A stretch of DNA of 64,000 bases from Spirochaetia bacterium (GTDB lineage: Bacteria > Spirochaetota > Spirochaetia > DSM-2461). The stretch covers positions 4,800,001-4,864,000 of the forward strand of contig OY764216.1 in NCBI GenBank assembly GCA_963668315.1, in the 5' to 3' direction. Of this stretch, positions 20,485 to 30,563 are shown piece after piece; positions within the stretch are counted from its first letter, which is position 1; each line of letters opens with the position of its first letter. The notes below the pieces were generated by a model, which saw only the letters and a list, made by a program, of their open reading frames with translations, had not been told where the DNA came from and did no database searches. Both the position numbers and the translations under genes were made by a program.

Positions 20485-22725
20485 TCAGGAACACTTGCTC
20501 CAGCCGCAATCGGGACAGGTAACGCATCCGTCTCGGAATACCAGCCCCGCTTCGCAGTCGGGACACTCTTTCTGACCGGCCACCACCTCTTCCCCGTCCT
20601 GGATATACCCCTTGATGACCCGGGAAACGGTTCTCTCGAAACTGATGAAATTCCTGTCCCGGGTCAGCTGGTTGACGATGAACTGGAGGGGGGTCCCGTG
20701 GCGCAGGGCCATGGAGATGAACCGGGCCAGCGAACTGTCAGTGGAGTCGTAGGCATTGGTGAAATCCTCCAGGACGAAGGGTGCCCCGCCATCCACATGG
20801 AGATCGTAACGGCCGGAATGCACCTTGATGACATGACCGTCGGCTCTGTCCTCCACGGGGAATTTCTCTTCCGGCTCGTCGATGCAGAAAAGCTCATAGA
20901 GACTTCCCTTAAGAATTCCCGTAACGATGAGACGGCTTCTTCCGTCCGCCTTGATTCTGTGGATGTGGGCGGGAAGATCGGCGGGCCTTTCGGGAGCCAG
21001 CTCCCGGCTGATGCGGGTCTTCTTCTTCTCATCCCGGTACTCCAGAATCCCCTTCATGCTGCCTTCGGGATTGAAGGTGGTAAACCCCTTGAGCCCCCTT
21101 TTGAACGCATAGGAAAAGAGATTCTTATATTCGGAGAAATTCGTTCCCATGGGAAGGTTCAGGGTTTTGGAGATGCTGTGGTCTATGTATTTCTGGACGG
21201 CCCCCTGAAGATCGATGGACCGGTAGGGATCAATCTCGGTGGTCGTGGTGAAGAAGTCCGGCTTGTCCTCCATGGAAGCTTCGGGGAAGAGCTCCTTGTA
21301 TTTGAGCCAGGCCCGGTCATAGACGGTCTCCTTGCGGACTTCATCACCGACGCCGGTCCGGATATTTCTGTCGTACTGGAGGGCGAAGATCGGCTCGATT
21401 CCGCTGGAGCAGTTCTGCCCCACCGACAGGGAAATGGTTCCCGTGGGGGCGACGGTGTTCATCTGGATATTCCGGAGACCGGTCCGGCCGATCCGCTCCC
21501 GCAGCTCGGAAGGGAGGGTTTTGATGAATTCCGCCTGAAGAAGCTTCTCCCCGTCAAAGGCGGGAAAGCTCCCCTTCTCTTCCGCCAGGTCGGCAGAAGC
21601 GGCATAGGAAGCGTCGCGGAGCGCTTTGGCAATCTCCCCTGCGGCTATGATGGCATCGTCCGATCCGTAGGAGAGGCCCAGCATGGCCAGGGTATCTCCG
21701 AGGGCGGTAAATCCCAGACCGATACGCCTCCACCGGCGGGAAAAATCCCTGATTTTATCCAGAGGATAGGCGGTAACGTCCAGTACGTCGTCCAGAAAGC
21801 GGATTCCCACGGCTACGGTCTCCCTGAAAGCCTCGTAATCAATGGAAGCCTCTTCGGTAAAAGGACGGGTCACGAAAGCTCCCAGATTTATGGAGGAAAG
21901 ACAACATAGGGAATAGGAGGGCATGACCAGCTCGCCGCAGGGGTTGACCCGGTCCATTTTGAAAGCCCAGTAGCCGTTGTTGTACTGCTCCACCCGATCG
22001 GCGTAGAAAATACCCGGTTCGTTGTGCATGTAACTGTTATGGGCCAGCTTGTCGTAGAGTTCCCGGGCTTTGAGAGTCTTGTAGACCTTGCCGCCGTGAA
22101 CCAGATCCCAGTCCGCGTCCTCTTCCACAGCTTTCATAAAAGCATCGCTCACCTTGACGGAAATATTGAACTGGGTCAGCTGTTTATTGCGGTCTCCCTG
22201 TTTTACGGTGATAAACTCCTCCACATCGGGATGGCTGATATCCATGAGAGCGATATGGGCCGAACGCCTGTAGCCCCCGGTCATGATGGTTTTAGCCGAC
22301 TGATCGAATATGTTCAGAAAAGAGAGCGGCCCCGAAGAGACACCTCCCTTGGAAAGGATCTCATCCTTGGGGCGGAGCTTGGAGACATCGAATCCCACAC
22401 CGCCGCCCATTTTGCTGATGACCGCATCCTCTTTGAGGGAGTCGTATATCTTCTCCATGGAGTCTTCGATATCGATGGTGAAGCAGTTGTTATAATTCTT
22501 CATGGGACTCCCGGGCCGGGCGTTTGCCAGTACCCGTCCCGCCGGGATAAGCCTTCCCTCGTGGATCTCATTGTAAAACCGCTCTTCCCAGAAATCGGCA
22601 TCCCTTTCCACCGATGCCACTTCACGGGCGACACCCCGGAAAACATCCTCCGGAACGGCTTCACCGTTCAGCATATATTTTGTTCTGAATATCTCTTCGC
22701 ACAAAGGCTGTTCCCATTTTATCAT
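20485..22725 (-). CDS. nrdJ: Class II (B12-dependent) ribonucleotide reductase
   Basis: NNCF, NPCGE, RIGLG, APTGTIS, SISKT; C-terminal CxxC..CxxC. Confidence 0.92.
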   Translation of the reverse strand: MIKWEQPLCEEIFRTKYMLNGEAVPEDVFRGVAREVASVERDADFWEERFYNEIHEGRLIPAGRVLANARPGSPMKNYNNCFTIDIEDSMEKIYDSLKEDAVISKMGGGVGFDVSKLRPKDEILSKGGVSSGPLSFLNIFDQSAKTIMTGGYRRSAHIALMDISHPDVEEFITVKQGDRNKQLTQFNISVKVSDAFMKAVEEDADWDLVHGGKVYKTLKARELYDKLAHNSYMHNEPGIFYADRVEQYNNGYWAFKMDRVNPCGELVMPSYSLCCLSSINLGAFVTRPFTEEASIDYEAFRETVAVGIRFLDDVLDVTAYPLDKIRDFSRRWRRIGLGFTALGDTLAMLGLSYGSDDAIIAAGEIAKALRDASYAASADLAEEKGSFPAFDGEKLLQAEFIKTLPSELRERIGRTGLRNIQMNTVAPTGTISLSVGQNCSSGIEPIFALQYDRNIRTGVGDEVRKETVYDRAWLKYKELFPEASMEDKPDFFTTTTEIDPYRSIDLQGAVQKYIDHSISKTLNLPMGTNFSEYKNLFSYAFKRGLKGFTTFNPEGSMKGILEYRDEKKKTRISRELAPERPADLPAHIHRIKADGRSRLIVTGILKGSLYELFCIDEPEEKFPVEDRADGHVIKVHSGRYDLHVDGGAPFVLEDFTNAYDSTDSSLARFISMALRHGTPLQFIVNQLTRDRNFISFERTVSRVIKGYIQDGEEVVAGQKECPDCEAGLVFRDGCVTCPDCGWSKCS

Positions 22726-22769
22726 ACATCACTCCCATAGTGTCTTTATATCATTATCGCCATTTACAC

Positions 22770-22785
22770 ATACCATATGTAGCGC
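22770..22785 (-). promoter_or_regulatory. Possible NrdR box
   Basis: Minus strand GCGCTACATATGGTAT resembles acaCwAtATaTwGtgt, about 45 bp upstream of nrdJ; no clear second box. Confidence 0.35.
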
Positions 22786-22865
22786 TTTTTTAGAATATAC
22801 ATGTTTTCAGTCCCCATGACAAGGGCGGTTGGCGGAATTATTCCGGCTCACCGCTGCATTTTTTT

Positions 22866-22917
22866 TGAAACACCGTTCCATTTTAGAATTGACAGAGCCG
22901 ATGATCCGCTATAAAAT
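22866..22917 (+). promoter_or_regulatory. KdgR-like operator and sigma70 promoter
   Basis: TGAAACACCGTTCCA imperfect palindrome just upstream of TTGACA-N17-TAAAAT. Confidence 0.55.
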
Positions 22918-22949
22918 TACTTCATATACTCAATCCTGCGAGGAATAAA

Positions 22950-23582
22950 ATGGATAAGGAAAAGTTAGTAGAAACCCTCAAAGCATGCCGGCTGGTTCCG
23001 GTCATCGTTGTCAATAAACCGGAAGAGATCCTTCCTCTTGGCGAAGCCCTCGTAAAGGGCGGTCTTCCCGTTGCCGAAGTAACCTTCAGAAGTCCCGCCG
23101 CCGCCGGTGCCATCAAGCTCCTTAAGGAGAAAATGCCCGAAGTACTCCTCGGAGCCGGAACGGTACTTACCAAAGATCAGATCGATACCGCCATTGAAGC
23201 GGGAGCCGCTTTTATCGTAAGCCCCGGATTCAATCCTGAGAATGTCAAATACGCCCATGAGAAGGGACAGATCATGGTTCCCGGAATCAGCACCCCCTCC
23301 GAGGCGGAACAGGCCATGTCCCTGGGTCTGGATGTTCTGAAATTTTTCCCCGCCGAACAGTCCGGCGGCACCGCCATGCTCAAAGCCCTGGGTTCGGTCT
23401 ACCCCAACCTGAGAATCATGCCTACCGGAGGCATCAGTCCCGAGAATGTCAAATCCTACCTGGACCTTCCCAATGTCATCGCCTGCGGCGGAAGCTGGAT
23501 GGTTAAGAAGGATCTTATCGCCGCCGGTGAATTCGATAAAATCGAATCCCTGGTCCGCGAAGCCCTGGCCGCGCTGAACTAA
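22950..23582 (+). CDS. eda: KDPG/KHG aldolase
   Basis: EVTFR, GAGTVL, FIVSPG, KFFPA, MPTGGI. Confidence 0.95.
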   Translation: MDKEKLVETLKACRLVPVIVVNKPEEILPLGEALVKGGLPVAEVTFRSPAAAGAIKLLKEKMPEVLLGAGTVLTKDQIDTAIEAGAAFIVSPGFNPENVKYAHEKGQIMVPGISTPSEAEQAMSLGLDVLKFFPAEQSGGTAMLKALGSVYPNLRIMPTGGISPENVKSYLDLPNVIACGGSWMVKKDLIAAGEFDKIESLVREALAALN

Positions 23583-23613
23583 GAGCAGGCCGAGAAATAA
23601 CAGGAGAAAATAA

Positions 23614-24669
23614 ATGAGTACATACACGAATTTAAAGGATAAGAGAATCATCACCATGGGCGAGATCATGCTGCGTCTGAAAAGCCCCGCCAACGAGAGG
23701 TTTTTCCAGAGTCCCATGCTGGAGGCGACCTTCGGAGGCGGGGAAGCCAACGTGGCCGTTTCCCTGGCCAACTACGGTCATAAGGCGTCCTTCGTATCCG
23801 CCCTTCCTGACAATCTTATCGGAAACGCGGTTATCAATGAGCTGAGACGGTACGGCGTGGATACGGACAGAATCATCCGCCAGGGCGACCGGGTGGGCAT
23901 CTACTACCTGGAATCGGGCACCAACCAGAGACCCAGCCAGGTTGTCTACGACCGGGCCGGTTCCTCCATTGCCGAAGCAAAGGCAAGCGACTTTAACTGG
24001 GACGAAGTTTTCGCCGACGCCGGTTGGTTCCATATCACCGGTATCACCCCCGCCGTTTCCGAAACGGGCGCCGATCTCTCCTTCAAAGCCATGGAGGAAG
24101 CAAAGAAACGGGGCGTCATCGTCTCCATGGACCTCAACTACCGTAAAAAGCTCTGGCAATACGGCAAAACCGCTCCGGAAGTGATGAAAGAGCTGGTTAA
24201 GTACGTGGACGTCATCATCGCCAACGAAGAGGACTGCCAGAAGAGCCTGGGCGTGGAAGTGGAAGGAATCGAAGTGGAATCGGGAGAGCTGAACCTGGAC
24301 CATTACAAAAAGCTCACCGATAAAATGCTCGAAATCTATCCCACGGCCAGCTGCATCGCCGTCACCATGCGCGAGAGCCACTCGGCCGACCATAACGGAT
24401 GGAGCGCCGTCGTTAACGACAGAAAGACCTTCCATCACAGCAAGAAATACGAAATCAAGAATATCGTCGACCGCGTGGGCGGCGGAGACAGCTTTTCAGG
24501 CGGTTTTATCTGCGGCCTGCTTAGCTACGAAAATATCACCGATTCCCTGGAATACGCCGTGGCGGCCAGCTGTCTGAAGCACTCCATTCTGGGAGACTTC
24601 AACCTGGTAAGCCGCAAAGAGGTGGAGAGCCTCATGGGCGGAGACGGATCGGGACGTGTTCAGAGATAG
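23614..24669 (+). CDS. kdgK: 2-keto-3-deoxygluconate kinase (PfkB family)
   Basis: [34 protein letters not shown]; adjacent to eda. Confidence 0.9.
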   Translation: MSTYTNLKDKRIITMGEIMLRLKSPANERFFQSPMLEATFGGGEANVAVSLANYGHKASFVSALPDNLIGNAVINELRRYGVDTDRIIRQGDRVGIYYLESGTNQRPSQVVYDRAGSSIAEAKASDFNWDEVFADAGWFHITGITPAVSETGADLSFKAMEEAKKRGVIVSMDLNYRKKLWQYGKTAPEVMKELVKYVDVIIANEEDCQKSLGVEVEGIEVESGELNLDHYKKLTDKMLEIYPTASCIAVTMRESHSADHNGWSAVVNDRKTFHHSKKYEIKNIVDRVGGGDSFSGGFICGLLSYENITDSLEYAVAASCLKHSILGDFNLVSRKEVESLMGGDGSGRVQR

Positions 24670-24695
24670 CAAGTAAATTGCCGTTTATATCTTCC

Positions 24696-24736
24696 GGGAA
24701 GGGCCGTATCGTTGATCCGGCCCTTCCCTTTTTTAT
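24696..24736 (+). terminator. Rho-independent terminator
   Basis: GGGAAGGGCCG...CGGCCCTTCCC followed by a T tract. Confidence 0.8.
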
Positions 24737-25989
24737 TCCGCCCGGGGAGCGGCGGTGAATTCCACTTTAACGATACGGTTGTTCTCCGCTTTTTTAATAC
24801 GGTAGAACCCCTCCTTGAGACGGAGGGAAGCGCCTGTCTCGGGAATCTCCCCCCACCGGTCGGTCAGATAGCCGCCCAGGGTCATGGTATCCCGGTCATG
24901 TTCCAGTTCCAGCCCCAGGATCTCCTTGATCTCAAAGAAATCCGTGTCGCCCTGGATATCCCAGCACCTTTTCCCCGTACGGAGTATTTTGGCGGTGGGC
25001 TTCTCCTCATTCTCATCGGCCAGGGTTCCGAAGATTTCCCCCACCACGTCCTGACGGGTGACCACGCCGGCCAGACCGCCGTATTCATCAAGCACGATGG
25101 CTATTTTCAGCTTCTCCCTTTTCAGGATGTTGAAAAGTTCGTTAACCTTCCTGTTTTCGGGAACAAATATGGGCTCCTGCATCAGGTCCTTGAGCCGGAG
25201 ATTATCCGATTCGGATTCGGAATGGAGAACGGCCTGAATCAAATCGGGAACCAGTACCACACCCACGATATTTTCCGGATCCTTTTTATATACGGGAATC
25301 CGGGTCTTGCCGCTGTTGATAATCGTCTCGAAAACCTCTTTGACAGGCTGATTGTAATCCAGGCAGAAAACATCCTTCCTGTGGGTCATGATGGCCTGCA
25401 CGGGCGTATCGTTGATGGTGAAAACCTTTTTTACCATGCGGTTTTCATACTCCTCCACGATACCCATCTCCCTTCCCATGCTCACCAGGTGCAGAAGGCT
25501 TTCCAGGGTCAGTTTTTTAGATTCTCCCCTGGAAAAAAGAGAGATAAGCAAATTACTTATCGCCGTGACGCACCAGATAAAAGGGCGGAAAAGAAAGGAG
25601 AGAAACCGGATGGCGGGCACGGTTAAAAGAGCGATCCTCTCATTGTGGACCATGGCCATCTGCTTGGGGGTCACCTCGCAGAAGATCAGCACCACCAGGG
25701 TAAGTAGTCCCGTGGTATAGCCGACGAAGCGATTGCCCCAGGTGCTGATAGTAAAGGACGTGGCCAGAGCGGAGGCTCCTATGTTGACCAGGTTGTTGCC
25801 TATCAGCAGGGTGGTGAGGAGAATATCCGATTTGTCGTGCATTTCCTTGATCCATCGTCCGCGAACGCCTTTCTTATGCTCCAGCACCCCTATCTGGTAG
25901 AGGGAGAGAGAAGTAAAGGCTGTTTCCGAAGAAGAAAAGAAACCGGAAAGGACCAGCAGGAATAGAATTGATAACATCTGAGTCAGCAT
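24733..25989 (-). CDS. CNNM/CBS/CorC_HlyC (hemolysin-family) membrane protein
   Basis: FFSSSETA, LIGNNLVNI, EVTPK, VLDEYGG, TLGGY. Confidence 0.9.
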   Translation of the reverse strand: MLTQMLSILFLLVLSGFFSSSETAFTSLSLYQIGVLEHKKGVRGRWIKEMHDKSDILLTTLLIGNNLVNIGASALATSFTISTWGNRFVGYTTGLLTLVVLIFCEVTPKQMAMVHNERIALLTVPAIRFLSFLFRPFIWCVTAISNLLISLFSRGESKKLTLESLLHLVSMGREMGIVEEYENRMVKKVFTINDTPVQAIMTHRKDVFCLDYNQPVKEVFETIINSGKTRIPVYKKDPENIVGVVLVPDLIQAVLHSESESDNLRLKDLMQEPIFVPENRKVNELFNILKREKLKIAIVLDEYGGLAGVVTRQDVVGEIFGTLADENEEKPTAKILRTGKRCWDIQGDTDFFEIKEILGLELEHDRDTMTLGGYLTDRWGEIPETGASLRLKEGFYRIKKAENNRIVKVEFTAAPRAE

Positions 25990-26148
25990 GGGCGGACTCC
26001 CGAGGGCAAGTAACTGAAGGGATCCGCCTCGGCCGATCCAGGGTCGTCGTCTTTCATATGATGCTTATTATTCCCCAGGAGGCCGGTTTTTTCAAGGTTA
26101 GCCGGGAAAAAATTGACAATTTTCCCCGATAGAGGTATGGTAATTTTT

Positions 26149-27381
26149 ATGAAACGTTCCGGTACGGCAGATCTTCCCCTCCACCACGGTCGGGTTCCCG
26201 CCTGGCTCTCTTCCCGCATGGCCCTCATGGGAGGCGCCATCACGGAGGTCATTGTGGAGGAATTCGGGCCGGAAGAGTTTCTGAGCCGGATCAGCGATCC
26301 CTTCTGGTTCCAGTCCTTCGGGGCCGTGCTGGGCATAGACTGGCACTCCTCGGGCATAACCACCAGCGTGATGGGCGCCCTGAAGAGAGCCATCAATCCC
26401 AACGCCCGTGAACTGGGCCTTATGGTGTGCGGAGGCCGGGGCCGTTATTCGAGGCAGACTCCGTCGGAACTTCTGGAATACGGGATGCGGACCGGACTGG
26501 ACGGAACGGAACTGGCCCGGGCCAGCCGGCTAACCGCCAAGGTGGACAACAACTGCCTGCAGGACGGCTTTCAGATATACCAGCACAATTTCATCGTAAC
26601 CCCCAAGGGGCAATGGGCCGTGGTCCAGCAGGGAATGAACCAGGAAACGGCCTTCGCCCGGCGCTACCACTGGCACTCCCCCCGGGTTTCCTCCTTTGTA
26701 TCCGATCCCCGTACGGCCGTGGTGGGAGATCACCGGGGCGCCCTCCTGAACCTGTCCGACCGGAGGGCCGGGGACGCCCGGGATTCGATCATCTCCTTTA
26801 TGGGGGAACCCATGAACCTTCAGTGGAAGGAGATATCCTCCCTGCTGAACGGACAGAGACGCCACCTCTCCATGCCCTCCCATCATGAGGTGACCCCCTC
26901 GGATGTCAACGCCGAACGGCTGGGTGCGGTTCTGGCCCTGGCCCACGATAAAGAGTGCCGGACCTTTACGGACGCCCTGCTCCTGGAGGGAGTCGGGCCG
27001 CGAACGGTTCAGTCCCTGGCTCTGGTCAGCGAAGTGATCTACGGCAAGCCCACCCGTTTTGACGATCCCGCCCGTTTCAGTTTCGCCCACGGGGGCAAGG
27101 ACGGGCACCCCTTCCCCGTCCCCCTCCATGTGTACGACGAAGGGATAACCTTCATGAAGCGGGCGGTGAATAAATGCCGCATAGACAATACCGCCCGGAG
27201 GGAGAGCCTCAAAGCCCTTTCCCGGATCAGCTGGATGATAGAGAAAAACATGAGCCCCCATGCCGATGTGGAGGCGGTTATCGCCAAAGAGAGGGCCGAC
27301 TCGTGGAAGTACGGCGGCATGACCTGTGAAGGCCCCGCGGAAAAGCCCCGCAAAGAGGAACAGCTCTCCCTGGATTTCTGA
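26149..27381 (+). CDS. DUF763 family protein
   Basis: ADLPLHHG, SDPFWFQSFG...DWHSSG, AKVDN, FAHGGKDGHPFPV. Confidence 0.85.
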   Translation: MKRSGTADLPLHHGRVPAWLSSRMALMGGAITEVIVEEFGPEEFLSRISDPFWFQSFGAVLGIDWHSSGITTSVMGALKRAINPNARELGLMVCGGRGRYSRQTPSELLEYGMRTGLDGTELARASRLTAKVDNNCLQDGFQIYQHNFIVTPKGQWAVVQQGMNQETAFARRYHWHSPRVSSFVSDPRTAVVGDHRGALLNLSDRRAGDARDSIISFMGEPMNLQWKEISSLLNGQRRHLSMPSHHEVTPSDVNAERLGAVLALAHDKECRTFTDALLLEGVGPRTVQSLALVSEVIYGKPTRFDDPARFSFAHGGKDGHPFPVPLHVYDEGITFMKRAVNKCRIDNTARRESLKALSRISWMIEKNMSPHADVEAVIAKERADSWKYGGMTCEGPAEKPRKEEQLSLDF

Positions 27382-27488
27382 AAGACCGATTAACCCCGCT
27401 TGATGGGGCTTCTCTTTTATGACATACTGGGTCCTTATCCCGGAAAGACAGATATAACTCACCCGGAAAAGCCAAATGAGGTAAAAAA

Positions 27489-28205
27489 ATGATTGGACCC
27501 ATAGTAAACAGTTCCGCCATTATTCTGGGCGGCGCGGCAGGAGCCCTTTTCGGCAAACGCATTCCCAAAAGGCTTAAGGAGAGGCTTCCCCTGGTCTTCG
27601 GATGCGTATCCATAGGACTGGGTGTCTCCATGATCGTAAAAGTTCAGAACCTGCCGGCTGTGGTTCTCTCCGCGCTCATCGGAACGGTAATCGGGGAGCT
27701 TCTCAAATGGGAGGAGGGCATTCATTTTCTCGCAGGCAAAACCAAGGGAGTCGTGGAGAAGCTGTCCCACCCCCCCGCCGAGGCGGTTTCCCATGAGGAG
27801 TTCATGGAAAGCTTTGTCTCCCTTGTGATACTCTTCTGCGTCAGCGGCACGGGGATATTCGGAGCCATGACCGAAGGGATGACCGGCGACCCCACCCTGC
27901 TGCTGGTGAAATCCTTCATGGACTTTCCCACGGCCATGATCTTTGCCATAACACTGGGACTGAGCCTGGCCTTTATCGCCATCCCCCAGTTTCTCATTCA
28001 GGCCCTCCTCTTTTTCGGAGCGGCCTATCTTCTTCCCCTGACAAACGAAGCCATGCTGGCCGATTTCTCCGCCGCCGGCGGTCTGATCATGCTGGCGACG
28101 GGCTTCAAGATCTGCCGGATCGTCCCCTTCCCCACGGCGGGGATGCTGCCCTCGCTCATTCTGGTCATGCCGATCAGCGCCCTCTGGACCGGCCTGGGGT
28201 TCTAG
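27489..28205 (+). CDS. DUF554 family membrane protein
   Basis: GPIVNSSAII, ILFCVSGTGIFG, GDPTLLLVKS. Confidence 0.8.
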   Translation: MIGPIVNSSAIILGGAAGALFGKRIPKRLKERLPLVFGCVSIGLGVSMIVKVQNLPAVVLSALIGTVIGELLKWEEGIHFLAGKTKGVVEKLSHPPAEAVSHEEFMESFVSLVILFCVSGTGIFGAMTEGMTGDPTLLLVKSFMDFPTAMIFAITLGLSLAFIAIPQFLIQALLFFGAAYLLPLTNEAMLADFSAAGGLIMLATGFKICRIVPFPTAGMLPSLILVMPISALWTGLGF

Positions 28206-29572
28206 ACGTTCATCTCCCCGGCGGGAATTTCCTCCCGGGGAAGCTTCTTCAGTTCCGGAATAATCAGAGCCATTCCCAGAAGACCTCCCAGGAGATGGCT
28301 GACCGGGGTGGCGGCCCAGACCCCGTCCAGACCGAAGCGGACGGGTAGCAGCCCGAGGGGCAGCAGATAGAAAAGAGTGCTCTGCCCTATATTCAGTATG
28401 ACGGCCTTGAACGCTTTCCCCACGGACTGGAAATAGATGACAGAAATCATCTGTATCGACAAAAGGGGGATCATGGCCAGATAGATATCCAGACCCCGCC
28501 GCCCCATATCGATAAGCTCCCGGTCTCCCCGGCTGAACAGTCCGATAAGACTTCCCCCGAAAAGCCAGACCGCGGCCAGCCCCAGAAAGGCGATGGCCAG
28601 CCCGAAAAGATACCCCCGCATCAGGATGCTTCTGACTCTCCCGTAAAGCCGGGCCCCGTAGTTGTATCCCAGGATGGGCTGGGCCCCCATCTGCACGCCC
28701 CGGATGGGAGTCTGGATTATCATGAACAGGCTCATGACGGCGCCCAGGGCTCCCAGTGCCAGATCGCTGCCGTATCTCAGCAGGGCCCGGTTCCCGAAGA
28801 CAGCCACAAAGGTGGTGGCCAGGTTAAAAAGGAAGGGGGCCATGCCGATGGAGATCATTCTCATGACAAGGGGGCCGTTGATACGGAAGAACCGAAGCCG
28901 GAGGGTCAGATAGCGCCGGCGGCTCAGGGTAAAATGAAAAATGACCACCCCGGCCGTTACGATGCGGGAAAGAACGGTGGCCCAGGCGACCCCGGCCACG
29001 CCCCAGTGGAAGACAAAGAGAAAAAGGGGATCGAGCACAATGTTTATGAGGGCGCCCGAAACGGCGATGATCATGGCCAGCCGGGGGTTGCCTTCGCTGC
29101 GGATCGCCCCGTTCGTCCCCATGGCCATGAAATCGGTGGCCATGAAGGGCAGGAATATGGAGAGATAGCGTTTCGCATAGGCCATGGTAACATCCGTGGC
29201 TCCCACGAGGCGCAGGAGGGGATGGAGAAAAAGAGTGCCCCCCACGGCCACGGCGCATCCGAGGAGGAAGTAGAGAAAGAACGTGCTTCCCAGGGCCTTC
29301 TCCGCCTCCTCCTTCTTCTGTTCCCCCAGATTCAGGGAGATGACGGCGGAGTTTCCTGCGCCGAAAAGGACGCCTATGGCAATGGATAGGATAAAGATGG
29401 GAAAGGTAAGGGTCACCCCGGCGAGGGCGTCGGTTCCCAGTCCCTTCCCTATATAGATGCGGTCCACTATATTATATAAGGCCTGCACGCTTGTGGAGAT
29501 GACGGCGGGGATGGAATATTTCAGTAGGACCCGGGTCACATCCATGGACCGGAACTCGTCAACCTGCTTCAT
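28202..29572 (-). CDS. MATE-family efflux transporter
   Basis: QALYNIVDRIYIG, NIVLDPLF, GVAGVAWAT, QPILGYNYGA; the longer ORF call overlaps nfnA. Confidence 0.9.
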   Translation of the reverse strand: MKQVDEFRSMDVTRVLLKYSIPAVISTSVQALYNIVDRIYIGKGLGTDALAGVTLTFPIFILSIAIGVLFGAGNSAVISLNLGEQKKEEAEKALGSTFFLYFLLGCAVAVGGTLFLHPLLRLVGATDVTMAYAKRYLSIFLPFMATDFMAMGTNGAIRSEGNPRLAMIIAVSGALINIVLDPLFLFVFHWGVAGVAWATVLSRIVTAGVVIFHFTLSRRRYLTLRLRFFRINGPLVMRMISIGMAPFLFNLATTFVAVFGNRALLRYGSDLALGALGAVMSLFMIIQTPIRGVQMGAQPILGYNYGARLYGRVRSILMRGYLFGLAIAFLGLAAVWLFGGSLIGLFSRGDRELIDMGRRGLDIYLAMIPLLSIQMISVIYFQSVGKAFKAVILNIGQSTLFYLLPLGLLPVRFGLDGVWAATPVSHLLGGLLGMALIIPELKKLPREEIPAGEMNV

Positions 29573-29708
29573 GCCTTTCATAGTACAGGGGAAGATGGGA
29601 AAAGACAAGGAACTTATTCTGACACATACTTTGGTTCCGTCCGTTAAGAGCTTGATTTTTTCTCGGTTTTTGTTGAAGATATATTCGGAGAAAACGTGAG
29701 GTAAATAT

Positions 29709-30563
29709 ATGGCACGAATTATAATGAAACAGCAGCTTTCGGAAAATGTCTTCCGGATGCGCCTAGCAGCCCCCTTAATTGCCCAGGAGCGAAAGGCCGG
29801 GCAGTTTATTATTCTACAGATAGATAAGGATTGGGGAGAGAGAATTCCCCTGACCATAGCCCAGGCCGAGCCCTACGACGGCACGATTGACCTGGTCTTC
29901 CAGGCGCTGGGAGCTACGACGAAAAAGCTGAGCATGAAGCAGGAGGGGGATGAGATAGCCAACATCCTCGGCCCCCTGGGAACACCGACCCATATTCAAA
30001 AATACGACCGCCCCGTGGTCTGCGTGGGGGGAGGTATCGGCGTGGCGCCCCTCAACCCCATTATCGAAGCCCATAAACACGCGGGCAACCGGGTCATATC
30101 CATCATCGGAGCCCGGACGAAGGAACTGGTGATTATGGAGAAGGAGATCCGCTCCCATTCGGACAAGGTCATCATCTGTACCGACGACGGCTCCTACGGA
30201 CGCAAGTCTTTGGTAACCGAGCCTCTTAAGGAGCTCTGCGAGTCGGATGAGCCGCCGGCGGAGGTTATCGCCATCGGTCCCACGATTATGATGAAGTTCT
30301 GCACCCTTACCACCAAACCCTACAACGTGAAGACCACCGTTTCCCTGAATACCATCATGGTCGACGGCACGGGTATGTGCGGCGGCTGCCGCGTCAGTGT
30401 GGGGGGGAAAACCAAATTCGTCTGCGTGGACGGACCGGAATTCGACGGCCATCAGGTCGATTTTGACAACATGATGAAGAGAATGAACACCTACAAGGAA
30501 CAGGAATCGGACCATCGATGCCGCCTCGATGCGGCGATAGCCGAGATAGAGGGACACAAATGA
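29709..30563 (+). CDS. nfnA: NfnA-like FAD/NAD-binding 2Fe-2S subunit
   Basis: ERIPLTIA, GPLG, GGGIG, TDDGSYG, MVDGTGMCGGCRV. Confidence 0.85.
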   Translation: MARIIMKQQLSENVFRMRLAAPLIAQERKAGQFIILQIDKDWGERIPLTIAQAEPYDGTIDLVFQALGATTKKLSMKQEGDEIANILGPLGTPTHIQKYDRPVVCVGGGIGVAPLNPIIEAHKHAGNRVISIIGARTKELVIMEKEIRSHSDKVIICTDDGSYGRKSLVTEPLKELCESDEPPAEVIAIGPTIMMKFCTLTTKPYNVKTTVSLNTIMVDGTGMCGGCRVSVGGKTKFVCVDGPEFDGHQVDFDNMMKRMNTYKEQESDHRCRLDAAIAEIEGHK

